A stretch of DNA of 64,000 nucleotides from Marsupella aquatica (lineage: Eukaryota; Plantae; Marchantiophyta): assembly GCA_973895155.1 (NCBI GenBank), contig OZ316896.1, positions 11,026,795 through 11,090,794 on the forward strand, read 5' to 3'. Made by a program: the position numbers and the translations under genes. Below are positions 13,901-27,700 of this stretch, one piece after another; within the stretch, counting starts at the first letter, position 1, and each line of letters starts with the position of its first letter. Below the pieces are notes generated by a model that was not told the origin of the DNA, searched no databases, and saw only the letters and a program-made list of their open reading frames with translations.

Positions 13901-14369
13901 AGCTTTTTAGTTTATTGCACATTCTCGTAGGTTCTAATTTCGACTTGGTCACACCGTAGTCAGCGATTCCTCCCTTTGTACTATTTTTTGTCGCCGTGTG
14001 ACTCGATCCGGCTCGCTTAAATCTCTTTGCTCCCTCCTGGAATTGAGACGCTTCGATTTACCGGTGAATTAGCTGTAAATTGGTGAGAAAGTTAGGAAAG
14101 TTGTGCCACTCCGTTTCGCTTGCACGTTCAAGTAGCCTATTCCTTGTCTCCTCTCGGTATCTAGGTTAATGGTTAGCTTTTCATGTAGTGGCATGGTAGT
14201 TCATATATGCTCCAACTAACGTTGGGGCATATAAGCTACCCGCACTCTGCATTGTGAGGATCGAGTATGTGAACGTAATTGTGTGTCATTCTCGTGTTTG
14301 CGCACTTAATAATGTGTGATATCTCCATCGATCTTACTTCTGGTTGGCAGGACTGCCCTTGGGCTCATC

Positions 14370-15892
14370 ATGATCAAACTATTTAGCGTGAAACAAAAGC
14401 AAAAAGAAGCTGCTGAAAGTGCAAATGGACGAGCACCTGTTAAAAAGCAGAGTCCAGGAGAGTTGCGAGTACAAAAAGGTGTACTATCAGTACTTGTTCT
14501 GTGATTTCAAGATGATTTTGGTTTTGAAGAGTCCTTGAACTTAACCTCTGTGTTTACTCCCTGATGAGCGTTTTTGGGCATAACCTCTGTGTTTACTCCC
14601 TGATGAGCGTTTTTGGGCATGCAGATATCAGCGAGTTGAATTTGGCGAAAACAACATCTATTTCATTTCCGAACGGAAAGGATAACCTTCTTTCTTTCGA
14701 AATCACAATCCGTCCAGATGAAGGCTATTACCAGTGAGTGCATTTGAGGCAGATCATTTGACTTTTTGTGTTTGTTCTAACCATTTTCTTCAATGCCATC
14801 CAATCTCTCATACACTGCAACTTGTCCGAGTGCTAGGTATAACACAGTTGAATCTGTAAGGAAACTTCGTGCACTGTGACAGAAATTCTATTCACGGTTT
14901 TGTAATCTTCTTTGAAGTCGATTTAAAATCGAATGTGGTGGCTTTTCGATTTGTTGCAGAGGAGGGACCTTTGTGTTCTCGTTCTCAATATCACAGCTTT
15001 ACCCACATGAAGCACCAAAAGTCAAGTGCAAGACTAAGGTGGGCTTGAAAACTGAACTGAATGTAACTACCTAGAGGAATTGCAGGGAGAGAGTGCAGGA
15101 GAGAGTAGATCTGCTTGCAAAACGCTTATGGCAGTTTCTTTGTCGAGTTGTCACTAGTCGTGCTGAACGATCCTGTTACATTGTTGGAGCTTAGCTGGTT
15201 GTCTAGTTTGCGTCTGATCTCCTAGGTTTGATAACAGACTCTCGAGGCGCTACTCGTTTGAAATTAGGGTTAGCGTCGTCTGTGAGGATGCAATGCTAGA
15301 AATGACTAGTACATTATTGTTTTGTCAAAGAACCGGCAAGAAGACCCAGCCAATCTCGAATGCAATGCGCTGTGAGTTCTTGGTTGCCTGTACCTGATAT
15401 GGTTTCTTGGTTGATATGTAGGTTTATCATCCAAACATAGATCTCGATGGCAATGTCTGTTTGAATATTCTTCGAGAAGATTGGAACCCAGTTCTTAGTG
15501 TTAATTCTATCATCTATGGGTTGCAGTATCTCTTTCTGGTACGTCGTATATGAAAGCCCATCAGAAAACCTTTTTTTTTAATTCTCTTCCCGTCATTTCC
15601 TGAATTTGTCTGTTTGCTTTCTAATATACGAACAGTTACAGTTTCAGTTCAAGTTCACATAATTGCTGCAGAATGCATAAGTATAGTACAACGTATCAAA
15701 GTCTAGATAGCCTACTTGTATATATATACCTGAATATCTTAATTCGTGTCTCAGGACCCCAATCCGGATGATCCCCTCAACCATGAGGCAGCCGAAGTCC
15801 TTAGGGACAACCCTAGGCAATTTGAGACCAATGTAAGACGATCGATGGCAGGGGGCTATGTTGGAGGTAACCATTTTCCAAGATGTATCTGA
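14370..15892 (+). CDS. RCE1: NEDD8/RUB1-conjugating enzyme (Ubc12/RCE1), 5 coding exons
   Basis: Exons 14370-14478, 14625-14733, 14960-15038, 15422-15538 and 15755-15892, all GT-AG. Protein [12 protein letters not shown]...ELRVQKDISEL...IRPDEGYY...[24 protein letters not shown]...DPLNHEAA...FPRCI*. The MIKLF N-terminus and catalytic Cys context are typical of Ubc12. A long 5'UTR with an intron probably starts near 12.6 kb. Confidence 0.95.
14542..14620. repeat. Perfect 39-bp tandem duplication in RCE1 intron 1
   Basis: taacctctgtgtttactccctgatgagcgtttttgggca occurs twice, just upstream of the acceptor. Confidence 0.9.
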
Positions 15893-16668
15893 TTCAAGCT
15901 CATGGCGGTTCTCATAGAACTCTAGGGTAGCCAGAAGGATTTGTTCCTTAATTACAACAGCTTATCTTGAATCTCTAGTGCACAGTTTGTAATGCAATTA
16001 AGTTTGCACTTAGCTTTTTTATGTAGTATGGCTTCGATTGATTGGCATTGCGAGAAACCTGTGTAAGAATACTGATAATTGCCTTAAATGGTCTAAATCT
16101 TATGTGGGTACCTCTGAGCTATTGTTGGCTGGCCTCCATTATGGAATTGTTTTTGGCTTTTGGTGCTACTAGAGTTCTCCCGTATGCTGTAGGCATGAGG
16201 ACAGTACTTACGGAGCTATATCACTTATAGAAATGTAACGAATAGAAATGGTGTATGTCGTTCTTGTATACATTTTCTCATCCCGTTTTGGTAGTTTATC
16301 AACTGCTTTTATATAATTGTGAAGTTATCCCAGACTGACTATGAAAGCAAATTTACTGCTCACTGATTAAGCTATTTGAGTAAATGTTTGGTGACTACGA
16401 CATTGATTTGAAAGAAATGAGGCTTTGTAATAAAATTGTTTCTTCGTAATACAAGCGTATACATATTCTATTACAATTGCGTCGTGATACTTGACATCGT
16501 GCAATATACACGGAAGATTGGAGACGTTTCTTGAAAGGCACAATCGGCCAATATTTTACAAATATAATGGCATGGGGCGTACAATCTTTTTTAATTACAG
16601 AGGTTGTGTGACAGTGAACACTGGGATCATTTTGTCATCACTTTTTCTTTGAAAGTCTAGAGTCCTTT

Positions 16669-19600
16669 TCATCCATGACTTTCTTCCTCGTCATCATCTT
16701 CCTTTATATAAAGCCCCAACTGATGTAGAGGATTTCCACCTTGAAGAGAGAATGTGTTCATTCCGCCAGGGGTGTCAGCATCTGGGCTTGCGTCATCACC
16801 AGAACTATCCAAAGCTTTACTTCTCAACATTTCAAGGTCTTTCAACACTTCACTATTTTCGTCAATTTCCACCGTCCTTTCCATCTATGACAGACCAAAC
16901 ACGATTGTCATGCGTATTAGGAGACAGTACTGGAAATTTTTCTTGCCACGAGGAGGAAAAGCAGCTTGGTCAGAACTGGCACAAATATTCATCCGTCAAG
17001 TATTAGTGGAACAATCAGGATCTAGTGGATAAAGAAAAAACCTTTTGGAGTTCGATTCTGGCCGCTTCTCGTTCAGCATCTCGTTTCCTTTTAGCTTCTA
17101 CAGCTGCCTCTGCTTCTGCCTTCCTACGAGCCATCTCGGCAGCCTTAGCTTCGGCATGTAACCGAGCTTTCTCTGAAAACACCAAAATATGAGAGGCAGA
17201 TTGTCAAGATTTAGTTCTCCAGGTTAAGATCGGTGAAGAACTACAGATTTTCATCGAGACATCATTAAGGCGTCTTCGCAAAATTATACGGCGCCAAGTT
17301 TCATTAACGACAGACATCTACCATAGCCTTAGTACGACGTGTTTCAAAGCACATTCTCTAATACCTTCTTTTTGCCTTTTTTCCAGCTCCTCCCGATCTT
17401 TTTTCAGCTTCTCTGGATCAAGCTTCTCGTTCTGAAAAGTGCATCACACACTTAGTATCCTCCGGCAACAGAAGCGTAGGCTCCAATAAACTATGCACTA
17501 AATGTTGGAGCACACCCGACCAAAACTAAGGAAGTCTTCCAAGAATGAACTGCCCTCAACTACAGAGACGGCTTGGAAATCCGGCCCACCTTGTTAAGCG
17601 GCAAGGTCTTCTCCTGAGCCTTTAGGATGGTATCAGCAAACCTCCCCCTTAACAGAGCTGCCCGGAGAAGCTTTTCTGGGGAAACCTGCCTCTCAGGAAT
17701 ACTTTCTTCCCCTGTCAAAGAAGAAATTGTCCATTACACATTCATTCCAGTCCCTAAGAGCAGAACGAGAACTCAGGCACGTCTCGCACGAGACTTACTT
17801 GGCTCATCAGTCCGAGAAATGAGAGCAGGCTTGGCAGGGGCCGGCTCCTCCGCACTTCCCACAACATCTTCCAACTCCCTCGTCTCCACTGCCGAAGCGT
17901 CAAGGAGGATTGTTAGAAAATATGAAAGAGAAAAGGTTTCATTGCGTCGGAAAACGATGCTACTGTCCTGGTAACACAGAAAACGATGCACAGAATAGAC
18001 ACAAAAATTAAAAGGAACGATTGGAGACATGCGGCTAAGAATACAGACTGCAATTTAGAGCGCACTTTTAGGAGCTTCGGGCTCTGCTGCAGGACTGAGC
18101 TTCGATGTGACCTCCGCATTCGGGGCCTCTTCAGCATCAGAGTCGCTGCCCGAAGAGCTCGCGGAATCCGAATCTGTGCAAGAAAGAACATGTGTCTTGG
18201 TCAACTGCAGCCCGAGGAACAGATCCCCAAGAAAGAAAGTACAAGAACAGAAAATCGGGCCGAATGATGTAAAGCCTCGAAGGAATGACGAGGTCCGTGT
18301 AACGTACCACTGGAAGATGAGCCAGAGTCACTACTTGAACTAGAGGAACTGCTAGATGCACCAGCGTCTTTCTCAATGACAACAGGTTGGCATTGAGCCG
18401 GAGCAATGTCGTCGTCAATATCAACATCCTCCTCTTCAGCTTCGACACCTGCAGGAGTCCCATGTTAGAACCAGGATCTGGGAATCGCAAGATGTAATGC
18501 ACGGCAATTTCAGGAACCAATCCTACGGGCAAAGCATAGGCATCGGATCCCTCACCCTTACGCAGTTTCTTTGGAGTCTCCCCTGTCGCCTTATCCGGAA
18601 GCTGCAGAGGCCAACAAAGTGTTATTGTTAGCTTTACCGTGCGAAATCCATTTCCCCGATATTCTACAGTGCATAGGTATACTTAACGCAATCGTTTCAA
18701 ACTCGTCAAGAGCATGCACCTGTGCTCCGCCTTGATCTGGCCGCGCAGTTTGCTCTTTCGGGGGAGCCTTCTTCTTGACTTTCCCTCTACTTTTCGCACA
18801 GTTCGTCACGAACCGGTCCAACTCCCATAAGGTGTCATTGTCGAAGGAATCAATGTCAACTTCTATTTCGTCCTCATTGTGACTCACATTGGGGTTACGC
18901 TTCTTGATGATCTGGACGATGCGCTCCAGCTTATCTGAAGGAAGGTTCTCCAAAGCAACGCTCAGCTTCCGTTTCTCGTCAAAAGTCATTGGACGTTTCT
19001 CTACATCGTCTGGCCTTGGTTTAGGTTGCGCTGGTGGACGACCAGAGGCAGGCCTCTTCGTGAGCGACTGTATTTTATCTTCTATACTTCTAATCTGCTG
19101 TTTGAGATCCTGGTAGTGTTCGCTCTGACCTTGGCCTTCGGTGGCAAGGGCCTCTTCCTCTACCTCCATTTTCAATCTATCCTCATCTACTTTCTCCTCA
19201 ATATTCTTCCATCGTTCTTCGAATAACTCACGCAAAACGTCCGCCATGACATAAACGTCATGTCCTGTTGGGTTATATGTCATAGCGTTCGAGAAGGTAA
19301 GACGGATATCATCAGCAAACTCCTGCGGCTGAGTGTAGGTACCGCCATCAAGCTTCTTTTTTATGCTTCCTAGATCCATTGGCTTTTTAATAACTTTGTG
19401 ATAGTCATGCAGACCGAGCTTAACGGCATCGACCGGTTCATTAAATACCCATGCGTGCTTATGGGAGATAAGTTTCTTCAACAGAGTACCACACTGCTTC
19501 ATGATATCAGCCATGCGCTTGCTACGGGCGGACTCCACTTTCGCACGTTTAGCGTCTCTTGCATCTGCTTTCCCAGGAGCACCTCTTTTACTTCCCATTC

Positions 19601-20159
19601 CAGCCTTCGGCTTCAATTTCTCTGGAGGGGGCATTTTATCTTTCCCAGACACAAACTCTGAGTTCAAATACAACTGGTTAGCTTTAGGCGTCCGCTTCTC
19701 CTTGCCTGCAACACCTGGTGTCCCGGGTAACCTTTCGGTAGAGACGATGACACTCGGTTGCCGCGCCAGCCTTGCTTCTCTTTGACTAAGTACCCGATTA
19801 GGATCGGCGGAAGCCACTGCGGGCTCGGATGTAACCTCCTTGCCACCAGAGCCCCCATTGTCCGTCCTGGAGAGATGAGCGTCGCTGTGTGCAGCTCGAC
19901 CACTCCGATCTGGTACCTTAAGTAACTGCTCCTGCCGAGCGGCAATCCTTAGAGACAAGCCTTCGACCTGTTCCAGCTGTAGCTTGAGCTTTTTCCTGAG
20001 GTCTTTCTTCTCCTCTCGCGAGATCGCAGTAACAGAGTCCCATCGGAAGCCATCAACCCCAACGAACATCCCTCCCGCACCGCCCCCATCGGCGTTCAAG
20101 CTCATGGACTTACGTTTCAGACCCACCGCGGGGGCGGACTGCACCCAACCTCCATCCAT
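16669..20159 (-). CDS. GTE/BET-family bromodomain and extra-terminal domain protein with a GTE8-12-like C-terminal domain
   Basis: Exon 20159-18720 encodes KRTPKANQLY, the bromodomain (HKHAWVFNEPVD...GLHDYHKVIKKPMDLG...NAMTYN) and the ET domain (MTFDEKRKLS...EIEVDIDSFDNDTLWELDRFV). Further GT-AG exons (18601-18555, ~18448-18309, ~18173-18066, 17888-~17800, ~17711-17591, ~17431-17365, ~17172-17042, 16884-16669) encode EEDVDI, a Ser-rich tract, RQVSPEKLLRAALLRGRFADTILKAQEK, DPEKL, a coiled coil and MERTVEIDEN...NPLHQLGLYIK. Confidence 0.93.
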
Positions 20160-20175
20160 CAAGGAAGGAGGATGG

Positions 20176-20295
20176 CTAGGGTGCAAATCCAAAGACACGG
20201 CGGGCCCTGGAGGATAGAAGAGAGGAGCTATGGTGACCGCCCTTGGATTCAACCACAGTAGATGATACTTCCAGCCCACCCTCAGCGACGCTCAT
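20176..20295 (-). promoter_or_regulatory. Candidate 39-codon upstream ORF in the GTE 5' leader
   Basis: ATG at 20295 to TAG at 20178-20176 (MSVAEGGLEVSSTVVESKGGHHSSSLLSSRARRVFGFAP*), ending 16 nt before the presumed main ATG at 20159. Confidence 0.4.
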
Positions 20296-21236
20296 GCAAC
20301 AACACCACAGAAGTGGTGCCTGCACCCCACCCTGTGGACACAGAAGGAACGAATGTCGATAAAATGCACACTCACCCTTCCCAGCCAGACGCCCTACGCA
20401 TCCACCTCGAGGTCTTGAAGATCTTGAAGATCTCCCTTCACAACCCCAGCGTCGCTTGTTCCTTTTCGCACTCTTCTTTCCAGAACCTATCTCTCAATCA
20501 ATCCATCCGTTCTTGGGCTTATCTCCTCCCTTCATCCTTCAAGCTCCCCGCGTCGCCTGCCTGCAAATCCGCCTCTATCCTCTTCCTTCCGAACTCCCGC
20601 ACACCTGTCCTCCCTCCGCACAACTGCTTTATATAGCAGAGCAGGGAGGGGGGAATGACGGATCGAAGCGGAGGCAAGCCAAGGCCCAACTGACCAACAA
20701 CCAGCCGAACAAATGAGAAATGAGAAAGAGCTCACATCAATCGAGAGCGCCGCAGCGATGAAGAACCGCACCAAGCAGTCGAGACGAGAGAAACGAGAGG
20801 AGACGAGCGACAGCAGCCGATCGGAGAGGCAGCGGGTCGGTGGCAGTACGCTAGTGTGGAAATGACATCTTCAGAGGGGCCGCGCTCCCGTTTTACGCAA
20901 AAACGTCCCCCGCCCGCATCGCCCGTTGCGCCGTCGGATACGCCCCGCCCATCTAGGCCGTCCATTCTAGGGCTGCCAGGCCGCGCGGAAAGACCTGACA
21001 TCTACTGTACAGGCATTTGCCGAAGTCATTTCATCAGTAATTCCCCGAGGACGATGCGCAACCGAACTTTTTTTTCGAATTTTTTACCCGGTCTCAAGTC
21101 GCGCCCAATGACGTGGCCGCGCTCGTATGATTGGTTGCGAAAGGATCCTGGAGGCTCAGTAGCGACGACGCGTCCCGGCCCCTCGCCCTTCGTAATACAG
21201 ATAACGTACAGATGAGTCGACGTTATTTCCCCGTTA

Positions 21237-21316
21237 GCTCACCTCTGTTAATGTGCATTAGTCTGTCTCCAATTTATTCGCTCACCTCTGTTAATGTGCA
21301 TTAGTCTGTCTCTAAT
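21237..21316. repeat. ~43-bp tandem duplication
   Basis: gctcacctctgttaatgtgcattagtctgtctc occurs twice. Confidence 0.85.
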
Positions 21317-24300
21317 TAATTCGAGTTTTCTCAAGAATAGATAGATAGATGCTGGATACCAACGCGACCCACTTCTCGTTTCACCCCCCAATTTCAGCTG
21401 TGCCTTATCAAATTCTAGATGTTTACTCTAGACATTATACCCTTACCTTAGGTTTGGTTTGCCCTCGCTCGGATAGATTTATGACTGGCTAAACACATTA
21501 GGTCACACATTTGGAAATATTGTCAAGAATCTGCAACTGACAAATGGATATGGATAAGTAATATATTTCACTATTTCCACTTTGGTTAAGCTGCAGTTGT
21601 CAGTCCCTGATTAATTTGAAGCTGACTAACCAAGATAAGTGTTACTGAGTTCTAAGTAACATTTGTCACTGGGGTTAATCTGCAGTTGATCAAGCCTAAC
21701 TTTTTATAAAGTAAGCATTACTAGAATGGAAGTAAAATCATATTAAACTTTTGTTTCAACTTTTCAGATGATCACTTTTTGGGGAAGCTTGGATATTGCA
21801 CCTATATGAGGGGGAAGAAAGCAGGCCCAACAAGATAAGAAATTGCTTAGGCGAGTTCAGCAGGTTTTGTGGGAGTGGGATTGGGGTTTTCACTTGCAGA
21901 ATGCTGGCTCTCCCTCAGAACCTGTGGAGAGTAATTTCTTTGTTTAGATCACAACCGAATCCATGTATATGTTATGGGGCTGTCACAAGCTCGTTCAGAA
22001 AGTCAGGTTGATTCTTCACCCTTTGGGGCTGTAGGTTGCTGTCACAATAGTATTTCTGCTCATCATTACATCTCATTATGTTCACTGTGTTTCACATGCT
22101 ACATAGACACATTAGAATTGTACGTCCAGATATTATACATGTAAAAGTCAGTGTTTATATCATTTGGACCTCTTTATTTTAAAGTCAAGAATTTTTTCTC
22201 ATCCCATAATGCCATATATTTCTTCCCCTATAGGTCATATATGGTTAATAATATACCTCATTATGTGACAGCAAGCGTCTTTTTCATTTATGATTCACTT
22301 CTTGCAACGAGATGGCTAACTTCTCGCCCTCGGTGCACGGTCACGCTTCCATGCAATGCCTAACTCAACAATACCACTGTACCAATGGAACATAAGAAAT
22401 GGGGGAGTCAATATGTGACTTCTGTAGACCCCTGAAGTCAAAACTTAACCAACAACCTTAACCTCAGTTCATATTGTTTAGGTCCAGATTTCTGGGGCCC
22501 ATTAACAGGTACTTGGGTTGGGTATGAGGGTTTGGTTTCCTTATATTTTAGTCCTCCTAAAACGCATATCGTACGTAAAATAGTATGTGAGGACATACCA
22601 TAGTTCCAGTCTCTCAGCTCAGGACGCTTCATTAATTTCCTGGGGCGCCTTTCTTCCATATATTGCGCAAAAAGTTGGTTTACAGGAGCCTTCCGTAAAC
22701 GGCACTCGACCTGACCCGATATTCGATCTGGACGGTGGCGGATCTTCCACCTGGCTTATCACGCTCGCTTTGGGAGGATTTCCAGAAGGGCAAAATATAC
22801 AGAGCGGGGAAAAAGGTACATTTGAAAAACATACTTTCGAACAACTCTTGCCTCTTGGTGAGTGGCGGGCGCGGGGGCGTCTGGTTGCTGGCGGGACAGT
22901 GAGAGTCTTTCCGTGGTCCCCACCACCAACATCGGCGGCATCCAATTTCGTAATTTTCCTCCCCCCGGGCCCCAAGTCAGAAAAGGTCTGCCGTTAGGTG
23001 CTCGAGATATAAACACTAAGAAAGCTCTACGTGGTTAAAAACAAGGACGGTACGTCATGCGTTCCTTGGTGGCGAAGTTATCTTACAAGAACATTCGAGA
23101 CAGCGGGCACAGCAGGAAATCGTAGGCAAGCCGCATCATTCTGCTCTTGTAGTGTAAGATCCAGAGTTGATTACTGAGGTGGGCGAGCAAGAGAAATTAC
23201 CCGGAAAGAGAGATGGACGTTTTCACACGGTTGTGTGGGACCGAGTTGTGACCAGAAAGTGAAAAGAGAAACCCGGCCTTGTTCTGAAGGAAAGAAAAAG
23301 GAGTGGCTATTCATCCACAATTTAGGGAGGCTTTACAAGACGACACCTGTGACTTTTTGTCACCTAAAGCAAACTGGAGCCCACTTCTTCTTTCAAAGAT
23401 AGATCTCAGACAAAAACTCTTATTAAATGAAGTTCAATAAATGTAAATCTATCCGTCTAATAAAGCGCAATCCAAAGTTAGGATAAGGGCCTCCAGTCTA
23501 GAATCAGACGCAATTGAACCTAAGGATAAGGGCCTCCAATCTATGAAACACCTAGACCATGAGGGGAGCACAACTGCTGGGGGTGGAATTGGTAAGTATT
23601 TATCATTCACTCTGACCGAAACTCAGGAATTTTGGCCAATTATATAAACTACGAGCTTGGTCTACTCTTCATGACCTACTCTTGGTGAGTGGGGCCTTCC
23701 TATTCATAAGCATGAGTACGGAGTACCGGGCTAGTCCCTTGATTGAAGGAGACAACATTTGAAAATGTTAGTAGCACTATAGGTGGTTCAAAATTCTAGA
23801 CAAAGTAAACACTCCATATCTTGGACCCATTGCTTCGCATGTAGGATCTATAGCCACCATACTTGGACGAGCAATCCAGCTCTTGTAAATTCAAGTGCAA
23901 TGGTTCCACTCACAATAGAGTCCGTATTAATCTCCGAGGGAAGGGAAATACGCAATGGGCCCTCACATCTTGCGAAATCACCCTTGTAAGTGCTACACTT
24001 TGGGCTTTCAAACTTTTTGAACTTTTCTTTAGACTGCCGAAGAGGTCTTTGAAGGTTTTGTTAAGTGCTTGCAGCTTATAACTTTTAAGATTAAGTGGCG
24101 TAGAGTGGGTGTGGTGGTATCTGGTTCAATTTGTTTTTCTCTAGATTTTCTCTAGGTTGTTCCCCCTCACTCAATCTATATTTGACTTGGCCAAGCCAGG
24201 TGAAAAAGAGACTTTTATCTGAAAATTTTGATGCTTATTTATTACATATGCTATGGACTAACCCTCACACCAAAGTCATGGCTTATCACCTACACTATAT

Positions 24301-24719
24301 AGTCAAACCTAAGCTTCTAGCCCCTTGTAAGTCCCTATCCAAACCCTTATGTCTTATTAGATGTGCTATGTAGATGTACCTAAAGTTGTAACCCCTAGCG
24401 AGTCTCATATCCAGACATTATGCTTTATCACATATGTTGTGTGGTTCCAACCTAAACTTGTAATCCACTGTGAGTTCAGAGTCATCCAAACATTTTGTCA
24501 TATCAAAAATATTGTACACTTGAGGCTGTAGTACACTTGAGGCTGTATATCGCCCTGGCATCCTCTCTTTCTAAGGCTCACCCAGGATTGGTCTATGCAG
24601 AAAGACAGATGGAAGGAAGGAATGAACTGTTGTTGGTCTAGAGCCCCCCACTAACTCAAGAAAACAAACATTTCTAATCCTAGTTGGGCTTAAACCACAC
24701 CTGCCCATATAAAAGGGCC

Positions 24720-24772
24720 CCATTTCCTGCCTGGCTACAACTCATTCTGACATTGTAGCCAGGCAGGAATGG
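24720..24772. repeat. Short inverted repeat / hairpin
   Basis: TTCCTGCCTGGCTACAA (24724-24740) is the perfect reverse complement of TTGTAGCCAGGCAGGAA (24753-24769), with a 12-nt loop. Confidence 0.85.
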
Positions 24773-27700
24773 TCAACAATATCCTGACTGCAAGCCCAAG
24801 TCTCTATTCTGGACTGAAAATGTGCAATATATAGTTACAACTACAGGTGACCTGTACCTCTTATACAGGTAATTGTGGTGTAAGTGTAACCTTATATTGT
24901 ACAAAGTGACAAGTGATTTTTGTCTAAAATGTAGACATGAAAAGGTGCACAGTTACTTTGCACCAGCACAAATGAAAAAGGAGTACTTCTACATTTAGAA
25001 ACTTGGTGAAAATATCTAGTCTTAAACTCTAACCATTGGACTAGTTCCACTTCACGAAAATAATGCTTGCCAAAACGAAATGTGCATTGACATAAATATC
25101 TGTGCGTAGGTATGTAGAGGGGGCTCCTTACCCATCACTACTCGCAAGCATAATTTCAAATTTGCTATTACCAGACAATTAGTCTATGCATTCAAATGAA
25201 TAGACCTAAATGACGTACATACACAAATATAAACCAGGGTTATCCCTGCTAAAAAAACAATGTACAGCAGGTGGGCCTGGAGAGAACTGTAGCTCTTTCG
25301 CATATGTTTTGGGTCGACTGTAGAAGGGAACTTTATGCATTTGCGTCCCAGTGATATAGGATCTGAGACCAAAGACTTTTTACTGTCACTATGTCGGACT
25401 CCTACATCGGATTCCATTACCGGTAACATTACCATTTGCACTGTTTTCATTAGCTGAGGTTAGAGCATGACGTCCATGATTGAGCAGAATGTTCTAAAAG
25501 CAATGCAGAAAACATTTTGTACGGTGCTCGACTTTCTAACGAAGTCGTCCACTGGAAGACCAACACCAGATCTATAAGGATAAATTAATCTACTACCTGC
25601 CAGAGGAAAGGTGCACACAATGTATCTGCTTCAATCACTGTTCATAAGTTTCCCGTAAACATGGATCGAAACATGGCTACAAACAGGACTTCCTGTTTTT
25701 CTGACACCTCACATAATGTAGGGCCATCCTTGTTTACGCAGTGAATAAAGGCTTCTCAGTAATTGCACATTGAAAATTGACAGTCAAATACATATTTGGA
25801 ATAACACTTGGAAATTTAAAGAGAATACATTTTGATATGTAATTAGGGGATGCTAAATAACGGGGTCTTTTTGAAACTTGATAATAATCTCGATTTTGGC
25901 ATGTACTTTTGAAGAACAGTTTAAAGCATCCTTGTGTAGACATTGACTTTTCAGTTCTTAACTCCTTTTAAAACTAAAAAAAGGAAAAACCACTTGATTA
26001 CTTACTGACAGGAAAGATAATTAATGTGTCGAAGGTCCTGCAAGAAAACGGGGTGGCACCACTGCACCTATTTTTTCTGGAAAGGACAAACCACCCTGAA
26101 CAACTTCAACAGAATACTACTATAGTAAATATAAAAGGAACAGAATACTACTATAGTAAATAAACGGAAATTAATCTGTCGGCCATTTTTACAACTTTGA
26201 GTCATTTGATAATAGGACTGTATATTGTAACCTGGTTTGCATAAATAGAAGATAATTAAACGCCGGGTGGTGCCTAGAGCGAAAAGACGTGCCAAAATAG
26301 GTGGCTGGAAGAATAGGCCCGCAATTTTCGAGAATGGGGAGAATACCAAATTGGATATAGCCTGAAAAACCTTCGATATGACAAATTGCCCCAGGAAATG
26401 GCATTAACGGTCGAAAAATAGACAACAAACACATGGTTTGGCTGGGTATCAACCAAAGACAGGAAAAGTAAATCTGTTAAAACTTAAATCGGAGAATGCT
26501 ACCCGTGAAAAGGGCAAACAAAGTTACCACCATGGGATGCAGATCGAAGAATTGTTGGACACCAAAAATAAAATAAGATCGGATCATTGCGTTTTCGTTT
26601 CTAGTTGCCGAATTTTTGATTTGTGAGCCCCCAAAAGTTGTTTCTGTTAGTTTGATTGCCGAATTACTGCCTCCGAATGTAAAAATTCTAAACAATCTTG
26701 CTTCATATTATATTTGTCATCTCCTGGAGCCGTCGATCGGCATAATCGACGACTCCCGTCACCCTTCCAGAAGCAAACAAATCCCAGGATTCTCGCGTCA
26801 TGATTCCTTCCCATTACCGTACTGTCCAGGGAAACAGGATTCTGATTCAGAGTCGTGCGACCGTAAGTAGGCCAGCTCAGCAGTTTGTCGCAGGCCACTT
26901 TCGACCGTAGGTTTATATCGAAGAATGGACGACAGATGACTTCGATGAGCAAAGACAGAGAGGATTTACGGGATTTGGCGGGTGACAGTACAATCATCCA
27001 TATCTAAGTGCACATCCTTGAGCCGAAGCATCTTCTGTGCATTTAACCAAGTTTGCGTGGTCTGATAAGTGCACACTCGTTAATGTGCAATTGTATTCCG
27101 GCTGTACAAGGTCTAGTGACTTTCACCCTAAATAGTAGATCCCCGCAGTAAGTTATAGTTTAGCTGGAGTTTTGTTTGCCCTTTTGCACTTACAGAAGCA
27201 CCAAAGACCTGCAAACTGAATGGAAAGCAAGGGAAGAAGTCGACACCTTGTACTTATCCAGGGTTTTCACTTATGGATTGTGCACTTAGAGAGGCTAATG
27301 TACAGTCCGGTCGTGTCAGGGGAGTGGTCCATAGCCATGGAACCTTGCCCTAACTGATGTATCACCCACCGCCTACCAAACTTTTCTCCCTGTGTTTCTT
27401 TCTTCGTTTTGGGTCATTCTAGCGTGCGAGGAAACACTCTCCTCGCTAACAAAGTTACTGCTTGCTCGCATCATCAGCTGTTCGGCAGAATGATGTGTTT
27501 CTTGTCTCTCCTGATGGAATGCGGCTTGGCGTCGAGACTTCGAGGAGCGCAGCGAAACCTTTGCAATCTGGATGGAAAAATCGTTGGCATGTAAGCAAAT
27601 CGAATGACTTGGAGATGCTGCGGTCAGCCGGCTGGCTAAATTGTTCAGGGCGCTTAGGGCTGGACCAGCTTAGGTGAGGGCCGGTCGATTCCCTTGTTCT

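Noticed and set aside
14560-14610. CTGATGAG twice, resembling a hammerhead ribozyme core or snoRNA C box
   Set aside because: No matching stem II-GAAA or terminal stem. It is explained by the 39-bp tandem duplication.
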